Assembly: GCA_033764445.1 (NCBI GenBank)
Contig: JANRIZ010000013.1
Span: forward strand, 1 to 45,149
DNA: 45,149 bases
Direction of reading: 5' to 3'
From: Verrucomicrobiia bacterium
GTDB lineage: Bacteria; Verrucomicrobiota; Verrucomicrobiia; JAWXBN01
Position 1 is the stretch's first letter. Each line of letters starts with the position of its first letter. The notes under the pieces are model-generated. The model did no database searches and had not been told where the DNA came from. It was given only the letters and a program-made list of their open reading frames with translations. Of this stretch, positions 18,895-28,099 are shown in pieces. Made by a program: the position numbers and the translations under genes.

Positions 18895-19659
18895 ATGAAA
18901 AAGAAACGTTGGGTCGTCAAACTCGGGACGGGCATCCTCACGGATGCCAGCCAGCACCACGACATTCCCCAGATGAAAAACCTGGTCGGCCAGGTGGCTG
19001 CTCTCGTCAATAAGGGCCGTCATGAGATCATTCTGGTCTCCTCCAGCGCCGTCTGCGGGGGCATGGCTGTCCTGGGAATGAAAAAACGGCCCACGGCCCT
19101 GCCCGAAATCCAGGCCTGCGCGGCCATTGGCCAGAGTCGGCTCATGACCCGTTACGAGGACCTTTTTTCAAAACACGGTCTGCATGTGGCCCAGGTCCTC
19201 CTGACCTATCCGGATATCGACAGCCGCACCCGATTCCGCAACGCCCAGAACACGCTCAACCGGCTTCTGGATCATAATATCGTCCCGGTCATCAATGAAA
19301 ATGACACCGTCTCGGTGGATGAAATCAGGTTCGGCGACAACGACAAGCTCTCCGCCTACGTCGCCACGATGGTCCGGGCGGACCTGCTGGTCATTCTTTC
19401 GGGTATCGACGGATTACTGACCAGCCTCGACAAGGATGGCGAAGTCATCCCCGAGGTCCGCAAAATCACCCCGGCCCTCCGCAAACTCGCCGGGGGCACC
19501 CGCAGCGAAACCAGCGTCGGCGGCATGATTTCAAAAATTGACGCGGCGCAGATTGCGGTGGATCATAGGATTCCGGTCCGCATTGCCAACGGACGCACCC
19601 CCCGCATCCTGCAGCAGATTGCGGAAGGAAAAAGGGTTGGCACGCTCTTCAAGGCGTGA
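18895..19659 (+). CDS. proB: Glutamate 5-kinase (short form without PUA domain)
   Basis: 'VVKLGTGILT', 'LVSSSAV', 'NIVPVINENDTVS', 'FGDNDKLSA' and 'VGGMISKI' match ProB. The start lies inside track ORF 18853..19659. Confidence 0.9.
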   Translation: MKKKRWVVKLGTGILTDASQHHDIPQMKNLVGQVAALVNKGRHEIILVSSSAVCGGMAVLGMKKRPTALPEIQACAAIGQSRLMTRYEDLFSKHGLHVAQVLLTYPDIDSRTRFRNAQNTLNRLLDHNIVPVINENDTVSVDEIRFGDNDKLSAYVATMVRADLLVILSGIDGLLTSLDKDGEVIPEVRKITPALRKLAGGTRSETSVGGMISKIDAAQIAVDHRIPVRIANGRTPRILQQIAEGKRVGTLFKA

Positions 19660-19681
19660 GAGTGCCCGGAAATGACCATCC

Positions 19682-20938
19682 ATGACCACCACCGAAATCA
19701 TCCACGACATGGGACGCCGGGCCCGCAAAGCCTCGCGCCTGATCACGCGTCTGAATACCGCCGAAAAAAACGCGGTGCTCTCCGGCATGGCCTCGGCCTT
19801 GGAATCACATGCCCCGGCCATTCTCGCCGCAAACCGGAGGGACATGGAAGCCGGTCAGGACTCCGGGCTTTCGGCGGCCATGCTCGACAGGCTTCTGCTC
19901 AATGAAAAACGCATCGCCGATATGGTCCGAGCCATCCGGGAACTGGTCGGGTTCAACGATCCGGTCGGGCGAATCCTGGACACGAAGGTCCGGCCCAACG
20001 GACTGACCATTGAAAAAACCAGTGTCCCGATCGGGGTCATCGGCATCATTTATGAATCCCGGCCCAATGTCACTGCGGATGCCGCCAGTCTCTGTTTCAA
20101 GGCGGGCAACGCCTGTATTCTGCGCGGGGGAAAGGAGGCGATCCACTCGAATCTTGCCATCGCCACGGCACTGATGGAGGGAGGCCGGAGTGCAGGTCTG
20201 CCGGAGGACTCCATTCAGGTGGTTCCGATCACCGATCGCGAGGCCATCAAGATCATGGCCCAAATGGATCAATACCTGGACATGATTGTTCCCCGGGGCG
20301 GGTATGCCCTGATCGAGGCTGTGGTGCAAAATGCCCGTGTCCCGGTCATCAAACACGCGCACGGCATCTGCCATGTGTACGTGGATGCGGGGGCCGACCT
20401 CGCCATGGCCGAAAAAATCACGGTCAATGCCAAGTGCCAGCGGCCTGGTGTGTGCAACGCCCTGGAAACGCTGCTGGTCCACGAGGCGGTCGCGGCGGAA
20501 TTCCTCCCCCATCTGGCCCAGACGTTGGCCGGTCAAAAAGTCGAAGTGCGGGGCGATGCAGCCACCCAAAAGCTCATTCCCGGATGTGTTCCCGCCACCG
20601 AGCAGGACTGGTCCACGGAATACCTGGACCTGATCCTCTCGATCCGGGTCGTTGAAAATATTGACGCCGCCCTCGATCACATCGCCGAGTACGGTTCACA
20701 TCACACGGATTCCATCATCACCCCTCATGAGGACCACGCCAAACGGTTCCTGCGCGAGGTGGACTCGGCGGTGGTGCTCGTCAATGCCTCCACCCGGTTC
20801 AATGACGGCGGCGAACTCGGTCTGGGAGCGGAGATCGGGATCAGCACGGATAAACTCCACGCCCGCGGTCCGATGGGTCTCGAAGAACTGACCACCTTCA
20901 AGTACATCGTCCGCGGTACCGGCCAGGTCCGGGCCTAG
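19682..20938 (+). CDS. proA: Gamma-glutamyl phosphate reductase
   Basis: 418 aa with 'IGVIGIIYESRPNVT', 'CFKAGNACILRGGKEA', 'IVPRGG' and 'CNALETLLVHE'. It forms a proBA operon. Confidence 0.9.
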   Translation: MTTTEIIHDMGRRARKASRLITRLNTAEKNAVLSGMASALESHAPAILAANRRDMEAGQDSGLSAAMLDRLLLNEKRIADMVRAIRELVGFNDPVGRILDTKVRPNGLTIEKTSVPIGVIGIIYESRPNVTADAASLCFKAGNACILRGGKEAIHSNLAIATALMEGGRSAGLPEDSIQVVPITDREAIKIMAQMDQYLDMIVPRGGYALIEAVVQNARVPVIKHAHGICHVYVDAGADLAMAEKITVNAKCQRPGVCNALETLLVHEAVAAEFLPHLAQTLAGQKVEVRGDAATQKLIPGCVPATEQDWSTEYLDLILSIRVVENIDAALDHIAEYGSHHTDSIITPHEDHAKRFLREVDSAVVLVNASTRFNDGGELGLGAEIGISTDKLHARGPMGLEELTTFKYIVRGTGQVRA

Positions 20939-21006
20939 AGATGAAGCCTTGCCAGTGCGGAGGGGATTGACCTAAAATGGGCACTCAATTCCACCCCTCT
21001 TTTACT

Positions 21007-22482
21007 ATGTCCAAACACTATCTTGCCATCGATCTCGGAGCCGAAAGCGGCCGCATCATGCTCGGCACCCTCACCGAAGGGGCCCTCAGCCTGGAGGAAA
21101 TCCACCGTTTTCAAAATCCGGTCGTCACGGTCTGCGGCAGTCTGCGCTGGGACATTCTCGGACTTTTCAATGAAATCCGCAACGGACTGGCCAAGATCGG
21201 ACGCCAGGGGATGAAGGTGTCGAGCATCAGCAGCGATTCCTGGGGCGTGGATTATGTGTTGATCCGCGGCAATGAACCGACCCTCGGGGCCCCGTACAAC
21301 TATCGGGACGCCCGGACCGATGGCGGATTCGAACGCGCCTTTGCCGTGGTCCCCCGGGAGGAGATTTTCAGGGAAACGGGAATCCAGTTCATGACACTGA
21401 ACACGCTCTACCAGCTCCACGCCCATGCGATGGCCGACCCGGTATTGCTCAAGACGGCCGAGAAGTTCCTGTGCATCGGCGACTACATCAATTTCCTCCT
21501 GTGCGGGGTGGCCAAAATGGAGGTCTCCCTGGCCAGCACCACCCAGCTCTACAACCCGAAAAAAAAGGCCTGGTCGAAAAAACTCATCGGCAAATTCAAG
21601 TTTCCCAAACACCTGTTTCCGGAGGTGGTCGCCTCCGGCACCAAACTCGGTCCGGTCGATCATCGGATTGCCGGGGACCTGGGTCTGACGGAGATGGAGG
21701 TCATCGCCACCTGTTCCCACGACACGGGGGCGGCCGTGGCGGCGGTCCCGGCGGAGGGTAAAAACTGGGCCTACCTCAGCTGCGGGACCTGGTCGCTGAT
21801 GGGGGTCGAACTCGAAAAACCCATCATCAATCCCGCGTCACTGGCCGGAGGATTCACCAACGAACAGGGTCTGGGCGGCACGACCCGGTTCCTCAAAAAC
21901 ATCATCGGCCTGTGGATCGTCCAGGAATGTCGCCGCGCCTGGGCCCGGGAGGGTCGGGAATACGATTACAGCACGCTCACCCGCATGGCCTTCGAGGCCC
22001 CTCCCTTCGGCACGCTCATCAATCCCAATGACCCCCGTTTCGGAAAACCCGGGCTGATGCCGCAAAAAATCCAGGACTTTGCCCGCGAAACAGGTCAGTC
22101 GGTTCCGGAGGAACACGGGGCGATCATCCGCTGCGCCCTGGAAAGCCTCGCCTGTGTGTACCGTCTGACCCTGGACGAATTGTGGTCGGTGGCCAAGCGC
22201 CGGATCAAAACCCTGCACGCGGTCGGGGGCGGGATTCAGAATGAATTGCTCGTGCAACTGACCGCCAACGCCACGCAGGTCCCGGTGGTGGCGGGCCCGG
22301 TCGAAGCCACCGCATTGGGCAATGTCCTGATCCAGGCCCTGACTCTGGGCGAAATCAAGTCACACGAGGAACTCCGCACCATCGTCCGCACCTCCTTCCC
22401 CACCCGCACCTTCCAACCCCAGGATACCCACCGCTGGGAGGAGACCATCGTCCGGTTCAAAACTCTGGTGGAAAAAAAGTAG
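21007..22482 (+). CDS. rhaB: Rhamnulokinase (FGGY family)
   Basis: It aligns block by block with E. coli RhaB: 'LAIDLGAESGRIML', 'EIHRFQN', 'GVDYVL', 'YRDART', 'GIQFMTLNTLYQL', 'SHDTGAAV', 'LSCGTWSLMG', 'INPNDPRF', 'GGGIQNELL', 'AGPVEATALGN'. No rhaA/rhaD is adjacent. Confidence 0.85.
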   Translation: MSKHYLAIDLGAESGRIMLGTLTEGALSLEEIHRFQNPVVTVCGSLRWDILGLFNEIRNGLAKIGRQGMKVSSISSDSWGVDYVLIRGNEPTLGAPYNYRDARTDGGFERAFAVVPREEIFRETGIQFMTLNTLYQLHAHAMADPVLLKTAEKFLCIGDYINFLLCGVAKMEVSLASTTQLYNPKKKAWSKKLIGKFKFPKHLFPEVVASGTKLGPVDHRIAGDLGLTEMEVIATCSHDTGAAVAAVPAEGKNWAYLSCGTWSLMGVELEKPIINPASLAGGFTNEQGLGGTTRFLKNIIGLWIVQECRRAWAREGREYDYSTLTRMAFEAPPFGTLINPNDPRFGKPGLMPQKIQDFARETGQSVPEEHGAIIRCALESLACVYRLTLDELWSVAKRRIKTLHAVGGGIQNELLVQLTANATQVPVVAGPVEATALGNVLIQALTLGEIKSHEELRTIVRTSFPTRTFQPQDTHRWEETIVRFKTLVEKK

Positions 22483-22680
22483 CCTGGCCGTGGCGACTTT
22501 TGTGGGAAAGCTCTCTTTTCACTCCTTTGACCGCCGTCACAGGGTGATGTGGCCCCGCGGACAGGTCATGGGCCCCGCATTTTCCCTTCCACCCCGGAAT
22601 CAAGCTCGGTAGGCTCCCGTCATATGCGGTCTGTTCCGCATGGGGTGTAAAAACAACCTGCCCCAAAAAGGAGTGTCGGC

Positions 22681-22986
22681 ATGCTCATTTCGATCTTGAT
22701 CCGTCGCCTGCGCCCGGGCGTGACCTTCGAGCAGTTTCAGGCGGCGTGGATGGCCGACCCCGGTCACTTCGGTACGACCATCAAGGTGACACATGCCCGG
22801 CGGATCGATGACGACCGTGAAGTCGTCTCCTACGCCGTGATGGATATGAGCAGGGACGACTTGCACAAAATTCTCAACCGCACAGAAGCAGGCGAACGGA
22901 CACGGCATGACCGCATCGACGGGATGATCGAGAGCACTGTCATCAAGGGAATCTACGAGATCCTTGATGAGGTCGACTTGACGTGA
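22681..22986 (+). CDS. Hypothetical small cytoplasmic protein (101 aa)
   Basis: An open frame with ATG start in an otherwise gene-free interval. I do not recognise a family. Confidence 0.4.
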   Translation: MLISILIRRLRPGVTFEQFQAAWMADPGHFGTTIKVTHARRIDDDREVVSYAVMDMSRDDLHKILNRTEAGERTRHDRIDGMIESTVIKGIYEILDEVDLT

Positions 22987-23127
22987 GGGGGCAAATCACA
23001 CCCAACCCGCATTTTTCAGACCCAGGAAACCATTGCACGGTTCAACACTCTGGTGGTGAAGGAGGACCGAAAATTCAACGTGCCCAGCCGGGAACCGGCA
23101 ACCGGAAACGCAGATGCCGGCGCCCCC

Positions 23128-23886
23128 TCACCCCGCCGCGAGACCATCCAACTCGTCTTTCACGCGCATGGCATTGAGCATGATCTCCTGATAGGGCAGA
23201 CGGAGGGTCCGCTCGACGGTGGGCGGGGTTTCATCAAAGTGAAACGAACACCGCCCCCAGTTGAGCATGTGAGTGCAGGCGGCCTGCGGCTCATCCTTGC
23301 CGCAGAGGGCATGGATGATGTCCCCGGAATCAATCATGATTTTTCCCGAAATTTCCGAGGCCAGTTCCGTGACCTCCACCGTTCCGCTCCACCGGCTCAT
23401 ACACAACATTTGCAGAAGGTCACCCAATGGCAGGGAGGAAAGATAGCCCAGCTTGATCTTTTCCCGCGGCTCCACCGGTTTGTCCCCGAATGGAACGGCG
23501 ACGATTTTGCCTTCCGGAACGGATTCACTGCGCTTTTCGTACTCCACGAATTTCAGACGGACGCTTTGTTTGAGCACTTCGAGACTGTAGGGCTTGGAAA
23601 TGAAAAATGTCCGCTCCGGATTCCAGTCAAGATGCATCATCAGCGTGCTCTGGGGTGTCCCCAACACAATCATATCCACTGGACCGTGTTGTTGCTGATA
23701 CCGTTTGTAAAAGGATATAAAATCGGGGCCCGGCTGTCCATCATCGACGATCAGCAAATCCAAGGAGGAGTTCCCAGCCTCCAAGCCCTCTGGCACAAAA
23801 CATATCTGCACTTGGGGCAAAGCCAGGAGGGCCAATTCAATCCATTCCGCTTTCGAGAGGGGCTTGAGGGCGATTCCAATACGCAT
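23128..23886 (-). CDS. Degenerate receiver-like N-terminal domain + DUF4388 (PATAN-like) domain protein
   Basis: From the Met at 23886, the N-terminus 'MRIGIALKP...DLLIVDDGQPG...' is CheY-like but lacks the N-terminal acidic pair. The C-terminal 'LGYLSSLPLGDLLQMLCMSRWSGTVEV...GKIMIDSGDIIHA...CSFHFDE' matches the DUF4388 signature. Confidence 0.65.
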   Translation of the reverse strand: MRIGIALKPLSKAEWIELALLALPQVQICFVPEGLEAGNSSLDLLIVDDGQPGPDFISFYKRYQQQHGPVDMIVLGTPQSTLMMHLDWNPERTFFISKPYSLEVLKQSVRLKFVEYEKRSESVPEGKIVAVPFGDKPVEPREKIKLGYLSSLPLGDLLQMLCMSRWSGTVEVTELASEISGKIMIDSGDIIHALCGKDEPQAACTHMLNWGRCSFHFDETPPTVERTLRLPYQEIMLNAMRVKDELDGLAAG

Positions 23887-23991
23887 TGATTGAAAATGCA
23901 AGCAGTTCGTGTGCCGATCCTGTTTCAGGCACGCCATTTGCTGATAATATTTTTCAGCCCTCAAAAACACCATTATTTAAGATACAGGATA

Positions 23992-24651
23992 ATGTTTTCC
24001 GGAAACTTCACACAGATCGCCTTCGGGGAGGTCTTGCGGCTGCTCCATGCAGCCTCACAGACAGGTGAATTGCGTATTTCCGATGACCACGCCATGTCTG
24101 CCTCCGTCTATCTGAAGGGGGGCCACATCGTGCATGTGGAGGCCGACACTGAGACCGGGCTTGATGCCCTGAGTGTCATTTGCCAGCACGTCAATGCAGC
24201 CTTCTCCTTTGAGGTGGGAACACTTTCCGCCCAGGAAAATCTGGCCGGGGTCCCCACCAAAAAGGTCATCGAAAGTGTCACAACGCGTGTGACCGAAATC
24301 AACACGCTTCGACAATTCGCCCCCGGGCCGCATGACCTGATTCTTTACAAACCTGGCAAAAGTCTCGATCACCTCGACACGACTCCGGAGGACCTTTCCC
24401 TGCTTCTGACCGCCGACGGCAAACGCAGTGCCGAGAAGATTGCCCACCTCAACGGCAAATCCTTCGATCAAATTGTGCAGGCCCTGGCCAAGTTCAATCA
24501 GGCGGGGATCATCGACATTCAAAAAAACGCCACTCCGCCACTCCCCGATGAACCAATGCCCACTCCCGAGGTGGCTGATCCTTCCGCTCCCCTCCCCGAT
24601 TCCCCCCAGACAACGGCTGTCCGTTACTGGCGTGGAAAAAAAATCGAATAA
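23992..24651 (+). CDS. DUF4388 (PATAN-like) domain protein with Pro-rich C-terminal tail
   Basis: 'FSGNFTQIAFGEVLRLLHAASQTGELRI...VYLKGGHIVHVEA...AFSFEVG' is the DUF4388 signature. It is divergent from the previous gene, with a 105-bp shared promoter region. It ends 6 bp before amt. Confidence 0.7.
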   Translation: MFSGNFTQIAFGEVLRLLHAASQTGELRISDDHAMSASVYLKGGHIVHVEADTETGLDALSVICQHVNAAFSFEVGTLSAQENLAGVPTKKVIESVTTRVTEINTLRQFAPGPHDLILYKPGKSLDHLDTTPEDLSLLLTADGKRSAEKIAHLNGKSFDQIVQALAKFNQAGIIDIQKNATPPLPDEPMPTPEVADPSAPLPDSPQTTAVRYWRGKKIE

Positions 24652-24657
24652 CCCCCT

Positions 24658-26472
24658 GTGGCACATAACATGCTCAAGACCCATTCCATGATTCGCATCC
24701 TCCTTCTGCTGGCAACAGCCCTGTGGCTGCTCAATCCTCTCCTCGCGCAAACCTCCAAAACCGACGATATCCGTTCGCTTCAGGATGAGGTGCGCAAACT
24801 GCTGCGCGATTCCATCGACGCGCAAAAGGCCCTGCTGGAGCAGAGCAAAAGCATTGAGGAACTCCGCAAGGATCTGACACGGCTGCAGTCGGACTCCTCC
24901 TCTCTCCAGAAAACAATTCCGACCTCCTCCTCGGATCCCGCAGGTCTGGAGGAAATCAAAAAGGAACTGGCCTCCGTCCTGGAAACCCAAAAGGCCCTGA
25001 AAGAGTCGCTGGGCGTCAATAATCCCGAATCAGCTCCCGCCGCCCCTGCGACCTCGACTCTCACACCCGAAGAGGCGACCACCCTCAAGCTCACCCCCAC
25101 GGCGATCAACATCGTGTGGACCCTGCTATGCGGATTCCTGGTCATGTTCATGCAGGCGGGGTTTGCGATGGTGGAAACCGGTTTCACCCGGGCCAAAAAC
25201 GCGACCCACACCATGGCCATGAATTTCATGGTTTATTCCTTGGGGATGCTGGGATTCTGGATCTGCGGATTTGCCATCATGTTCGGCGGAACAGGGGCCC
25301 CGACCTCCGTCAGCACTGTCGGAACACTGGGACCGGAAGTGGGACAGGTCCTCAATACCGCCGTCGGATTCACCCTGGGCGACAAATTTTTCAGTCTCTT
25401 CGGAACCACCGGGTTTTTTCTTCCGGCCTCACTGTGGACCGGAGGCATCTTCACCCTTTTCCTCTTCCAGATGGTCTTTATGGATACCACCGCCACCATT
25501 CCCACCGGTTCCATGGCGGAACGCTGGAAATTCCTTCCCTTCTGCATTTTTGCGGTCTTGGTGGGCGCAATCATCTATCCTCTCTATGGTCACTGGGTCT
25601 GGGGAGGCGGATGGCTGGCGGCTTTGGGCAAAAACTTTGGCTTGGGCAATGGCCATGTGGACTTTGCGGGTTCCTCAGTCGTGCATTTGTGCGGCGGGAT
25701 GCTGGCCCTGGTGGGCGCAAAAATCCTCGGACCCCGCATCGGGAAATTCAACAAGGACGGAACAGCCAATCCCGTCCCCGGACACAATATACCGATGGGT
25801 TTTGTCGGTACGTTCATCCTGGCCTTCGGATGGTTTGGTTTCAACGCCGGTTCCACGCTCGCCGGGATGGACGTTCAAATCGGCATCATTGCCACCAACA
25901 CGATGCTCGCCTCAATGGCAGGAGCGATTGCCGGAATGATCACCACCTGGATCCGCTTTTCCAAACCCGACCCAAGCTTCATGTGCAACGGCATGCTGGC
26001 GGGGATGGTGGCGATCACGGCCCCCTGTGCCTTTGTGGATTCCTGGGCGGCCGTGTTCATCGGAGCCTCCGCCGGGGTGCTGGTTGTTTTTGCCGCCTAC
26101 TTCATCGAGGAAATCATGAAAATTGATGATCCTGTGGGTGCGATCTCGGTTCATGCATTTAACGGTGCCTGGGGCGTCATCGCACTGGGCCTGTTTGCCA
26201 ACGGCCGTTACGGTGCCGGATGGAACGGCGTGGCCACTCCGGTCACGGGGCTCTTTTATGGAAGTGCCAGCCAATTTATTGCGCAGATCATCGGGACAGG
26301 CGCATGCATCGTGGCTGTCGGTCTCATGGGTTACATCATGTTCATGCTGATCGAAGTCACCATCGGCAACCGTGCCACTGACGCCCAACAGCTCGAAGGA
26401 ATGGACACAGCGGAAATCGGCGTGGAGGCCTACTCACGTTCCACACCCACACGGGTTGATCTGGGCCGGTAA
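24658..26472 (+). CDS. amt: Ammonium transporter (Amt/MEP family) with a signal peptide and an N-terminal periplasmic coiled-coil extension of about 140 aa
   Basis: The Amt core starts at 'VWTLLCGFLVMFMQAGFAMVETGFTRAKN' and has 11 TM helices, including 'HLCGGMLALVGAKILGPRIGKF' and 'AFNGAWGVIALGLFA'. The N-terminal part reads 'DDIRSLQDEVRKLLRDSIDAQKALLEQSKSIEELRKDLTRLQSD...'. The start codon is ambiguous: GTG 24658, or ATG 24670 or 24688. Confidence 0.85.
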   Translation: MAHNMLKTHSMIRILLLLATALWLLNPLLAQTSKTDDIRSLQDEVRKLLRDSIDAQKALLEQSKSIEELRKDLTRLQSDSSSLQKTIPTSSSDPAGLEEIKKELASVLETQKALKESLGVNNPESAPAAPATSTLTPEEATTLKLTPTAINIVWTLLCGFLVMFMQAGFAMVETGFTRAKNATHTMAMNFMVYSLGMLGFWICGFAIMFGGTGAPTSVSTVGTLGPEVGQVLNTAVGFTLGDKFFSLFGTTGFFLPASLWTGGIFTLFLFQMVFMDTTATIPTGSMAERWKFLPFCIFAVLVGAIIYPLYGHWVWGGGWLAALGKNFGLGNGHVDFAGSSVVHLCGGMLALVGAKILGPRIGKFNKDGTANPVPGHNIPMGFVGTFILAFGWFGFNAGSTLAGMDVQIGIIATNTMLASMAGAIAGMITTWIRFSKPDPSFMCNGMLAGMVAITAPCAFVDSWAAVFIGASAGVLVVFAAYFIEEIMKIDDPVGAISVHAFNGAWGVIALGLFANGRYGAGWNGVATPVTGLFYGSASQFIAQIIGTGACIVAVGLMGYIMFMLIEVTIGNRATDAQQLEGMDTAEIGVEAYSRSTPTRVDLGR

Positions 26473-26504
26473 AAAATGTTTTTCATCCCGGTCTCCCGGC
26501 GGTT

Positions 26505-27668
26505 ATGCTTCCATGCATGGCCGCCACACTTCCTCCGCTCAAATCCGTTTTTAATACTCCCTCCTGGACCCTGAAATCAAAGTCCGTCGAGGCTTCGGTT
26601 TCCCGCACGGGGGGGCATCTGGGCCCGGTCACCTTCATTTTCGGAAAACGCCGGATCTCTCCGCTTTCGGTCTGCCCCTGGCATGCGGAAAAACCAGACC
26701 CTTCCCTGCCCCCGCTGCTTCAGGTGCTGCGCGGCGATTTTCTGTGTTTGCCTTTCGGTGGGAACGACACTCCCTACAAGGGCAGAAAATTCCCGCCTCA
26801 CGGCGAACCGGCCAACTCCCCCTGGCATCTGGAATCCGCCGATCTTCGCCCGGGAATCAGGGAGTTGCATCTCTCCCAGAACCAACGCATCACCGGCGGG
26901 CGGGTCGATAAATTCATCACGCTCCTGGGGAACGACCCTGTCCTCTACCAAAGCCATGTCATCAGCGGGATCGAAGGCCCGATGAATCCCGGACACCATG
27001 CCATCGTCCGGTTCCCGGAAACCCCCGGCAGCGGCCACATCTCGGTCAGCCGCTTTGTTCACGCCCAGACCCTGCCGACAGAATTTGAGCTTCCCGAAAA
27101 CGGCGGATATTCCTCCCTCAAACCCGACAGCCCATTTTCCAGCCTCAAAAAAGTCCCGCTGGCCCGCGGGGGTTTCACGGATATCTCCATTTACCCGGCC
27201 CGCAAGGGATTCGAGGACCTGATCATGCTCGTCTCTGATCCCCGCCTGAATTTTGCCTGGACGGCGGTCACCTTCCCGGGGGAGGGTTATGTCTGGTTCA
27301 CACTCAAAGACCCGCGCATTCTGCGGAATACGATCTTCTGGATTTCCAACGGGGGACGCCATGGAAAGCCGTGGAACGGTCGGCACACGGCCCGCATGGG
27401 CCTGGAGGAATGCACGTCCTATTTTCACTACGGACTGGCGGAATCCGCCGCCGCCAATCCGCTCTCGCGGAAGGGTTACCCAACGGTCATTCCCCTGGGC
27501 AAAAAACGGCCCACCTGTCTGAATACGATCATGGCCTGTGCCCTGATCCCGAAGGGTTTTGACGAGGTGGCCCGGATCGACAAATCACCCGGCGGGGTCA
27601 CACTGCAAAGTCGTTCGGGCAAAAAAATTGCCGTCCCCCTGACTCTGGGTTTTCTCTTCGGAGAATAA
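26505..27668 (+). CDS. Hypothetical protein (about 380 aa), family not recognised
   Basis: A long open frame with coding-like composition directly downstream of amt. The alternative ATG at 26517 is equally plausible. Confidence 0.5.
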   Translation: MLPCMAATLPPLKSVFNTPSWTLKSKSVEASVSRTGGHLGPVTFIFGKRRISPLSVCPWHAEKPDPSLPPLLQVLRGDFLCLPFGGNDTPYKGRKFPPHGEPANSPWHLESADLRPGIRELHLSQNQRITGGRVDKFITLLGNDPVLYQSHVISGIEGPMNPGHHAIVRFPETPGSGHISVSRFVHAQTLPTEFELPENGGYSSLKPDSPFSSLKKVPLARGGFTDISIYPARKGFEDLIMLVSDPRLNFAWTAVTFPGEGYVWFTLKDPRILRNTIFWISNGGRHGKPWNGRHTARMGLEECTSYFHYGLAESAAANPLSRKGYPTVIPLGKKRPTCLNTIMACALIPKGFDEVARIDKSPGGVTLQSRSGKKIAVPLTLGFLFGE

Positions 27669-27791
27669 TGCCAGTGACGCATCAGTGTCGGCATCAGGGA
27701 ATTTCATTGGGGTGCGCATGGGCGGGCATCCGTGTCCCGCTTCAGCCGCACACATTCCTGCTGTCTGGAAAGTCAATCCACGTCCCCCAAA

Positions 27792-27868
27792 ATCCGTGTT
27801 TGATCCGTGGCTCTCAAAGAGTCTGGTGAAATCGGAGGCCACGGATGAAACACCGATCAAACACGGAT
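27792..27868. repeat. MITE/REP-like element, copy A: 77 nt bounded by perfect 14-bp inverted repeats 'ATCCGTGTTTGATC ... GATCAAACACGGAT' with a nested inner stem
   Basis: Read directly from the sequence. The inner stem 'ccgtggc...gccacgg' nests within the outer 14-bp stem. A truncated third left-arm-like fragment, 'catccgtgtcccgc', sits near 27728. Confidence 0.6.
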
Positions 27869-28012
27869 CAGAAAAATGCCAGACACGATTCGAACCTGAG
27901 GAAAAGCAGGCTGTTTTGTTCCACTGTTTTCCATGTGTGCTCTCGCTTTCAATGCAAGAGACGCCCCATCATCAGATTGGTGACACAATTCTTTGCATTT
28001 TCAGGCTCTCCC

Positions 28013-28099
28013 ATCCGTGTTTGATCCGTGTGCATCCGTGGCTCTCAAAATGTCTGGTGCAATCGGAGGCCACAGATGAAACACCGATCAAACACGGAT
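28013..28099. repeat. MITE/REP-like element, copy B (87 nt; same 14-bp terminal inverted repeats; 10-nt internal insertion 'cgtgtgcatc' plus 4 substitutions relative to copy A)
   Basis: Read directly from the sequence. The right arm ends at the stop codon of the acyl-CoA ligase gene. Confidence 0.6.

Noticed and set aside
20939-21006. Possible sigma70 promoter 'TTGACC...TAAAAT' between proA and rhaB
   Set aside because: The two hexamers are directly adjacent, with no 17-bp spacing. It is not convincing as a promoter, and proBA-rhaB may be co-transcribed.
19805-21720. Minus-strand ORFs 19805..20680 and 20935..21720
   Set aside because: They are antisense to proA and rhaB, both of which align block by block with characterised enzymes.
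23053-24990. ORFs 23053..23889 (plus strand) and 24055..24990 (minus strand)
   Set aside because: They are antisense to the two DUF4388 genes and the amt 5' end. They lack motifs, and the DUF4388 signatures are on the opposite strands.
27792-28099. CRISPR array interpretation of the two direct repeats
   Set aside because: There are only two copies. The units are 77-87 nt, internally palindromic and of unequal length. The intervening 144 nt is unique non-spacer-like sequence. No cas genes are nearby. A MITE/REP-like element fits better.
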